A stretch of 64,000 nt of DNA from Auanema rhodensis. Lineage: Eukaryota > Animalia > Nematoda. A program made the position numbers and the translations under genes. Location: positions 23,002,001 through 23,066,000 of the forward strand of contig OZ059896.1 in the NCBI GenBank assembly GCA_964057225.1. Reading direction: 5' to 3'. Each line of letters opens with the position of its first letter. The stretch's first letter is position 1. This document shows positions 55,901-64,000 of the stretch, in pieces. The notes below the pieces were generated by a model. The model was not told the DNA's origin and did no database searches. It saw only the letters and a program-made list of their open reading frames with translations.

Positions 55901-58617
55901 AATTGTTATTGATATTGGTTCATGGTAACCATGTCTTTGAAATTTTCGTGAACTTTAATTTATGCTAATTAAATGTACACGTGATGTGCACTTGGTATGT
56001 AACTCGCTTCACGTGAAAGATAAAGAGATGCGGTTTTCAAAATTAGATTCCCCATGTCCATATTAGTCTAAAAACAAATTTTTATTGATATTGGTTCATG
56101 GTAACCATGACTTTGAAATTTACGTGAACTTTAATTTATGCTAATTAAATGTACACTTGATGTGCACTTGGTATGTAACTCGCTTCACGTGAAAGATAAA
56201 GAGATGCGGTTTTCAAAATTAGATTCCCCATGTCCATATTAGTCTAAAAACAAATTTTTATTGATATTGGTTCATGGTAACCATGACTTTGAAATTTACG
56301 TGAACTTTAATTTATGCTAATTAAATGTACACGTGATGTGCACTTGGTATGTAACTCGCTTCACGTGAAAGATAAAGAGATGCGGTTTTCAAAATTAGAT
56401 TCCTCATGTCCATATTAGTCTAAAAACAATTTTTTATTAATATTGGTTCATGGTAACCATGTCTTTGAAATTTACGTGAACTTTAATTTATGCTAATTAA
56501 ATGTACACGTGATGTGCACTTGGTATGTAACTCGCTTCACGTGAAAGATAAAGAGATGCGGTTTTCAAAATTAGATTCCCCATGTCCATATTAGTCTAAA
56601 AACAAATTTTTATTAATATTGGTTCATGGTAACCATGTCTTTGAAATTTACGTGAACTTTAATTTATGCTAATTAAATGTACACGTGATGTGCACTTGGT
56701 ATGTAACTCGCTTCACGTGAAAGATAAAGAGATGCGGTTTTCAAAATTAGATTCCTCATGTCCATATTAGTCTAAAAACAATTTTTTATTAATATTGGTT
56801 CATGGTAACCATGTCTTTGAAATTTACGTGAACTTTAATTTATGCTAATTAAATGTACACGTGATGTGCACTTGGTATGTAACTCGCTTCACGTGAACGA
56901 TAAAGAGATGCGGTTTTCAAAATTAGATTCCCCATGTCCATATTAGTCTAAAAACAAATTTTTATTATTATTGGTTCATGGTAACCATGTCTTTGAAATT
57001 TACGTGAACTTTAATTTATGCTAATTAAATGTACACGTGATGTGCACTTGGTATGTAACTCGCTTCACGTGAAAGATAAAGAAATGCGGTTTTCAAAATT
57101 AGATTCTCCATGTTCATATTAGTCTAAAAACAAATTTTTATTAATATTGGTTCATGGTAACCATGTCTTTGAAATTTACGTGAACTTTAATTTATGCTAA
57201 TTAAATGTACACGTGATGTGCACTTGGTATGTAACTCGCTTCACGTGAAAGATAAAGAGATGCGGTTTTCAAAATTAGATTCCCCATGTCCATATTAGTC
57301 TAAAAACAAATTTTTATTGATATTGGTTCATGGTAACCATGACTTTGAAATTTACGTGAACTTTAATTTATGCTAATTAAATGTACACGTGATGTGCACT
57401 TGGTATGTAACTCGCTTCACGTGAAAGATAAAGAGATGCGGTTTTCAAAATTAGATTCCCCATGTTCATATTAGTCTAAAAACAAATTTTTATTGATATT
57501 GGTTCATGGTAACCATGTTTTTGAAATTTACGTGAACTTTAATTTATGCTAATTAAATGTACACGTGATGTGCACTTGGTATGTAACTCGCTTCACGTGA
57601 AAGATAAAGAAATGCGGTTTTCAAAATTAGATTCCCCATGTCCATTTTAGTCTAAAAACAAATTTTTATTGATATTGGTTCATGGTAACCATGACTTTGA
57701 AATTTACGTGAACTTTAATTTATGCTAATTAAATGTACACGTGATGTGCACTTGGTATGTAACTCGCTTCACGTGAAAGATAAAGAGATGCGGTTTTCAA
57801 AATTAGATTCCCCATGTCCATATTAGTCTGAAAAGAAATTTTTATTGATATTGGTTCATGGTAACCATGACTTTGAAATTTACGTGAACTTTAATTTATG
57901 CTAATTAAATGTACACGTGATGTGCACTTGGTATGTAACTCGCTTCACGTGAAAGATAAAGAGATGCGGTTTTCGAAATTAGATTCCCCATGTCCATATT
58001 AGTCTAAAAACAAATTGTTATTGATATTGGTTCATGGTAACCATGTCTTTGAAATTTACGTGAACTTTAATTTATGCTAATTAAATGTACACGTGATGTG
58101 CACTTGGTATGTAACTCGCTTCACGTGAAAGATAAAGAGATGCGGTTTTCAAAATTAGATTCCCCATGTCCATATTAGTCTAAAAACAAATTTTTATTGA
58201 TATTGGTTCATGGTAACCATGACTTTGAAATTTACGTGAACTTTAATTTATGCTAATTAAATGTACACTTGATGTGCACTTGGTATGTAACTCGCTTCAC
58301 GTGAAAGATAAAGAGATGCGGTTTTCAAAATTAGATTCCCCATGTCCATATTAGTCTAAAAACAAATTTTTATTGATATTGGTTCATGGTAACCATGACT
58401 TTGAAATTTACGTGAACTTTAATTTATGCTAATTAAATGTACACGTGATGTGCACTTGGTATGTAACTCGCTTCACGTGAAAGATAAAGAGATGCGGTTT
58501 TCAAAATTAGATTCCTCATGTCCATATTAGTCTAAAAACAATTTTTTATTAATATTGGTTCATGGTAACCATGTCTTTGAAATTTACGTGAACTTTAATT
58601 TATGCTAATTAAATGTA
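52986..58617. repeat. Higher-order repeat: three copies of a 10-monomer unit, with two extra monomers between copies 2 and 3
   Basis: GTGAACGATA occurs at 53021, 54781 and 56893. The variant G of TCTGAAAAGAAA occurs at 53958, 55718 and 57830. Spacings are 1760 and 2112 bp (10 and 12 monomers). AATTGTT, CACTTGATG and TCCTC/CAATTT follow the same order. Confidence 0.92.
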
Positions 58618-61600
58618 CACGTGATGTGCACTTGGTATGTAACTCGCTTCACGTGAAAGATAAAGAGATGCGGTTTTCAAAATTAGATTCCCCATGTCCA
58701 TATTAGTCTAAAAACAAATTTTTATTAATATTGGTTCATGGTAACCATGTCTTTGAAATTTACGTGAACTTTAATTTATGCTAATTAAATGTACACGTGA
58801 TGTGCACTTGGTATGTAACTCGCTTCACGTGAAAGATAAAGAGATGCGGTTTTCAAAATTAGATTCCCCATGTCCATATTAGTCTAAAAACAAATTTTTA
58901 TTAATATTGGTTCATGGTAACCATGACTTTGAAATTTACGTGAACTTTAATTTATGCTAATTAAATGTACACGTGATGTGCACTTGGTATGTAACTCGCT
59001 TCACGTGAAAGATAAAGAGATGCGGTTTTCAAAATTAGATTCCCCATGTCCATATTAGTCTAAAAACAAATTTTTATTAATATTGGTTCATGGTAACCAT
59101 GTCTTTGAAATTTAGGTGAACTTTAATTTATGCTAATTAAATGTACACGTGATGTGCACTTGGTATGTAACTCGCTTCACGTGAAAGATAAAGAAATGCG
59201 GTTTTCAAAATTAGATTCCCCATGTCCATATTAGTCTAAAAACAAATTTTTATTAATATTGGTTCATGGTAACCATGACTTTGAAATTTACGTGAACTTT
59301 AATTTATGCTAATTAAATGTACACGTGATGTGCACTTGGTATGTAACTCGCTTCACGTGAAAGATAAAGAGATGCGGTTTTCAAAATTAGATTCCCCATG
59401 TCCATATTAGTCTAAAAACAAATTTTTATTGATATTGGTTCATGGTAACCATGACTTTGAAATTTACGTGAACTTTAATTCATGCTAATTAAATGTACAC
59501 GTGATGTGCACTTGGTATGTAACTCGCTTCACGTGAAAGATAAAGAGATGCGGTTTTCAAAATTAGATTCCCCATGTCCATATTAGTCTAAAAACAAATT
59601 TTTATTGATATTGGTGCATGGTAACCATGACTTTGAAATTTACGTGAACTTTAATTTATGCTAATTAAATGTACACGTGATGTGCACTTGGTATGTAACT
59701 CGCTTCACGTGAAAGATAAAGAGATGCGGTTTTCAAAATTAGGTTCCCCATGTCCATATTAGTCTAAAAACAAATTTTTATTGATATTGGTGCATGGTAA
59801 CCATGACTTTGAAATTTACGTGAACTTTAATTTATGCTAATTAAATGTACACGTGATGTGCACTTGGTATGTAACTCGCTTCACGTGAAAGATAAAGAGA
59901 TGCGGTTTTCAAAATTAGATTCCCCATGTCCATATTAGTCTAAAAACAAATTTTTATTATTATTGGTTCATGGTAACCATGTCTTTGAAATTTACGTGAA
60001 CTTTAATTTATGCTAATTAAATGTACACGTGATGTGCACTTGGTATGTAACTCGCTTCACGTGAAAGATAAAGAAATGCGGTTTTTAAAATTAGATTCTC
60101 CATGTTCATATTAGTCTAAAAACAAATTTTTATTAATATTGGTTCATGGTAACCATGTCTTTGAAATTTACGTGAACTTTAATTTATGCTAATTAAATGT
60201 ACACGTGATGTGCACTTGGTATGTAACTCGCTTCACGTGAAAGATAAAGAGATGCGGTTTTCAAAATTAGATTCCCCATGTCCATATTAGTCTAAAAACA
60301 AATTTTTATTGATATTGGTTCATGGTAACCATGACTTTGAAATTTACGTGAACTTTAATTTATGCTAATTAAATGTACACGTGATGTGCACTTGGTATGT
60401 AACTCGCTTCACGTGAAAGATAAAGAGATGCGGTTTTCAAAATTAGATTCCCCATGTTCATATTAGTCTAAAAACAAATTTTTATTGATATTGGTTCATG
60501 GTAACCATGTTTTTGAAATTTACGTGAACTTTAATTTATGCTAATTAAATGTACACGTGATGTGCACTTGGTATGTAACTCGCTTCACGTGAAAGATAAA
60601 GAGATGCGGTTTTCAAAATTAGATTCCCCATGTCCATATTAGTCTAAAAACAATTTTTTATTAATATTGGTTCATGGTAACCATGACTTTGAAATTTACG
60701 TGAACTTTAATTTATGCTAATTAAATGTACACGTGATGTGCACTTGGTATGTAACTCGCTTCACGTGAAAGATAAAGAGATGCGGTTTTCAAAATTAGAT
60801 TCCCCATGTCCATATTAGTCTAAAAACAAATTTTTATTAATATTGGTTCATGGTAACCATGTCTTTGAAATTTACGTGAACTTCAATTTATGCTAATTAA
60901 ATGTACACGTGATGTGCACTTGGTATGTAACTCGCTTCACGTGAAAGATAAAGAGATGCGGTTTTCAAAATTAGATTCCCCATGTCCATATTAGTCTAAA
61001 AACAAATTTTTATTAATATTGGTTCATGGTAACCATGTCTTTGAAATTTACGTGAACTTTAATTTATGCTAATTAAATGTACACGTGATGTGCACTTGGT
61101 ATGTAACTCGCTTCACGTGAAAGATAAAGAGATGCGGTTTTCAAAATTAGATTCCCCATGTCCATATTAGTCTAAAAACAAATTTTTATTAATATTGGTT
61201 CATGGTAACCATGACTTTGAAATTTACGTGAACTTTAATTTATGCTAATTAAATGTACACGTGATGTGCACTTGGTATGTAACTCGCTTCACGTGAAAGA
61301 TAAAGAGATGCGGTTTTCAAAATTAGATTCCCCATGTCCATATTAGTCTAAAAACAAATTTTTATTAATATTGGTTCATGGTAACCATGTCTTTGAAATT
61401 TAGGTGAACTTTAATTTATGCTAATTAAATGTACACGTGATGTGCACTTGGTATGTAACTCGCTTCACGTGAAAGATAAAGAAATGCGGTTTTCAAAATT
61501 AGATTCCCAATGTCCATTTTAGTCTAAAAACAAATTTTTATTGATATTGGTTCATGGTAACCATGTCTTTGAAATTTACGTGAACTTTAATTTATGCTAA

Positions 61601-64000
61601 TTAAATGTACACGTGATGTGCACTTGGTATGTAACTCGCTTCACGTGAAAGATAAAGAGATGCGGTTTTCAAAATTAGATTCCCCATGTCCATATTAGTC
61701 TAAAAACAAATTTTTATTAATATTGGTTCATGGTAACCATGACTTTGAATTTTACGTGAACTTTAATTTATGCTAATTAAATGTACACGTGATGTGCACT
61801 TGGTATGTAACTCGCTTCACGTGAAAGATAAAGAGATGCGGTTTCCAAAATTAGATTTCCCATTTCCATATTAGTCTAAAAACAAATTTTTATTAATATT
61901 GGTTCATGGTAACCATGTCTTTGAAATTTACGTGAACTTTAATTTATGCTAATTAAATGTACACGTGATGTGCACTTGGTATGTAACTCGCTTCACGTGA
62001 AAGATAAAGAAATGCGGTTTTCAAAATTAGATTCCCCATGTCCATTTTAGTCTAAAAACAAATTTTTATTGATATTGGTTCATGGTAACCATGTCTTTGA
62101 AATTTACGTGAACTTTAATTTATGCTAATTAAATGTACACGTGATGTGCACTTGGTATGTAACTCGCTTCACGTGAAAGATAAAGAGATGCGGTTTTCAA
62201 AATTAGATTCCCCATGTCCATATTAGTCTAAAAACAAATTTTTATTAATATTGGTTCATGGTAACCATGACTTTGAAATTTACGTGAACTTTAATTTATG
62301 CTAATTAAATGTACACGTGATGTGCACTTGGTATGTAACTCGCTTCACGTGAAAGATAAAGAGATGCGGTTTTCAAAATTAGATTCCCCATGTCCATATT
62401 AGTCTAAAAACAAATTTTTATTAATATTGGTTCATGGTAACCATGTCTTTGAAATTTACGTGAACTTTAATTTATGCTAATTAAATGTACACGTGATGTG
62501 CACTTGGTATGTAACTCGCTTCACGTGAAAGATAAAGAAATGCGGTTTTCAAAATTAGATTCCCCATGTCCATTTTAGTCTAAAAACAAATTTTTATTGA
62601 TATTGGTTCATGGTAACCATGTCTTTGAAATTTACGTGAACTTTAATTTATGCTAATTAAATGTACACGTGATGTGCACTTGGTATGTAACTCGCTTCAC
62701 GTGAAAGATAAAGAGATGCGGTTTTCAAAATTAGATTCCCCATGTCCATATTAGTCTAAAAACAAATTTTTATTAATATTGGTTCATGGTAACCATGACT
62801 TTGAAATTTACGTGAACTTTAATTTATGCTAATTAAATGTACACGTGATGTGCACTTGGTATGTAACTCGCTTCACGTGAAAGATAAAGAGATGCGGTTT
62901 TCAAAATTAGATTCCCCATGTCCATATTAGTCTAAAAACAAATTTTTATTAATATTGGTTCATGGTAAACATGTCTTTGAAATTTACGTGAACTTTAATT
63001 TATGCTAATTAAATGTACACGTGATGTGCACTTGGTATGTAACTCGCTTCACGTGAAAGATAAAGAGATGCGGTTTTCAAAATTAGATTCCCCATGTCCA
63101 TATTAGTCTAAAAACAAATTTTTATTAATATTGGTTCATGGTAACCATGTCTTTGAAATTTACGTGAACTTTAATTTATGCTAATTAAATGTACACGTGA
63201 TGTGCACTTGGTATGTAACTCGCTTCACGTGAAAGATAAAGAGATGCGGTTTTCAAAATTAGATTCCCCATGTCCATATTAGTCTAAAAACAAATTTTTA
63301 TTATTATTGGTTCATGGTAACCATGTCTTTGAAATTTACGTGAACTTTAATTTATGCTAATTAAATGTACACGTGATGTGCACTTGGTATGTAACTCGCT
63401 TCACGTGAAAGATAAAGAAATGCGGTTTTCAAAATTAGATTCTCCATGTTCATATTAGTCTAAAAACAAATTTTTATTAATATTGGTTCATGGTAACCAT
63501 GTCTTTGAAATTTACGTGAACTTTAATTTATGCTAATTAAATGTACACGTGATGTGCACTTGGTATGTAACTCGCTTCACGTGAAAGATAAAAAGATGCG
63601 GTTTTCAAAATTAGATTCCCCATGTCCATATTAGTCTAAAAACAAATTTTTATTGATATTGGTTCATGGTAACCATGACTTTGAAATTTACGTGAACTTT
63701 AATTTATGCTAATTAAATGTACACGTGATGTGCACTTGGTATGTAACTCGCTTCACGTGAAAGATAAAGAAATGCGGTTTTCAAAATTAGATTCCCCATG
63801 TCCATTTTAGTCTAAAAACAAATTTTTATTGATATTGGTTCATGGTAACCATGACTTTGAAATTTACGTGAACTTTAATTTATGCTAATTAAATGTACAC
63901 GTGATGTGCACTTGGTATGTAACTCGCTTCACGTGAAAGATAAAGAGATGCGGTTTTCGAAATTAGATTCCCCATGTCCATATTAGTCTAAAAACAAATT

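Larger units (their letters stand above)
717..64000. repeat. 176-bp tandem satellite array (~360 monomers, single orientation), putative centromeric/pericentromeric satellite
   Basis: The line register recurs every 2640 bp (15 x 176), e.g. 721, 3361, 6001. After a 1-bp deletion near 6232 the register holds to the window end (8641 to 61441 = 300 x 176). Monomers differ from consensus by roughly 0-6 substitutions. GC is 55/176 (31%). The centromeric role is inferred only from length, composition and organisation. Confidence 0.98.

Noticed and set aside
717-64000. CRISPR-like or spacer-bearing array, or a hidden insertion within the satellite
   Set aside because: The 176-bp register is preserved throughout apart from one 1-bp deletion. 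I saw no unique inserts, inversions or transposon fragments.
717-64000. Protein-coding repeat, or tandem tRNA/5S rRNA/snRNA gene array
   Set aside because: 176 is not a multiple of 3, and stop codons are frequent on both strands. I recognised no tRNA cloverleaf, A/B boxes, or 5S, snRNA or spliced-leader sequence.

Overview
This window is almost entirely non-coding eukaryotic tandem-repeat DNA and contains one edge of a very homogeneous satellite array. From left to right it has: (1) a purine-rich, A-rich low-complexity flank (1-~190); (2) a GC-rich compound minisatellite (212-718) of 18-bp and 20-bp units that share the 15-bp core AATGAGGTCACGGCG; (3) an uninterrupted head-to-tail array of about 360 copies of a 176-bp, ~69% AT monomer (717-64000, running off the window). 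Monomer consensus, numbered from the copy at 891: CACGTGATGTGCACTTGGTATGTAACTCGCTTCACGTGAAAGATAAAGAGATGCGGTTTTCAAAATTAGATTCCCCATGTCCATATTAGTCTAAAAACAAATTTTTATT(A/G)ATATTGGTTCATGGTAACCATG(T/A)CTTTGAAATTTACGTGAACTTTAATTTATGCTAATTAAATGTA. Its nucleosome-sized length, AT richness, dyad symmetry and higher-order repeats resemble centromeric or pericentromeric satellite, but that function is inferred and not shown. I found no supportable genes, RNA genes, CRISPR array or transposase, so I cannot support a new protein-based system. The most interesting signals are structural: an abrupt, undegenerated array edge fused to the minisatellite inside a CACGTG site; recurrent variants that perfect palindromes; phased ACGTGA motifs; and nested 3-, 5-, 10-, 15- and 33-monomer duplications readable from diagnostic SNPs. 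All counts were made by eye and need computational confirmation.
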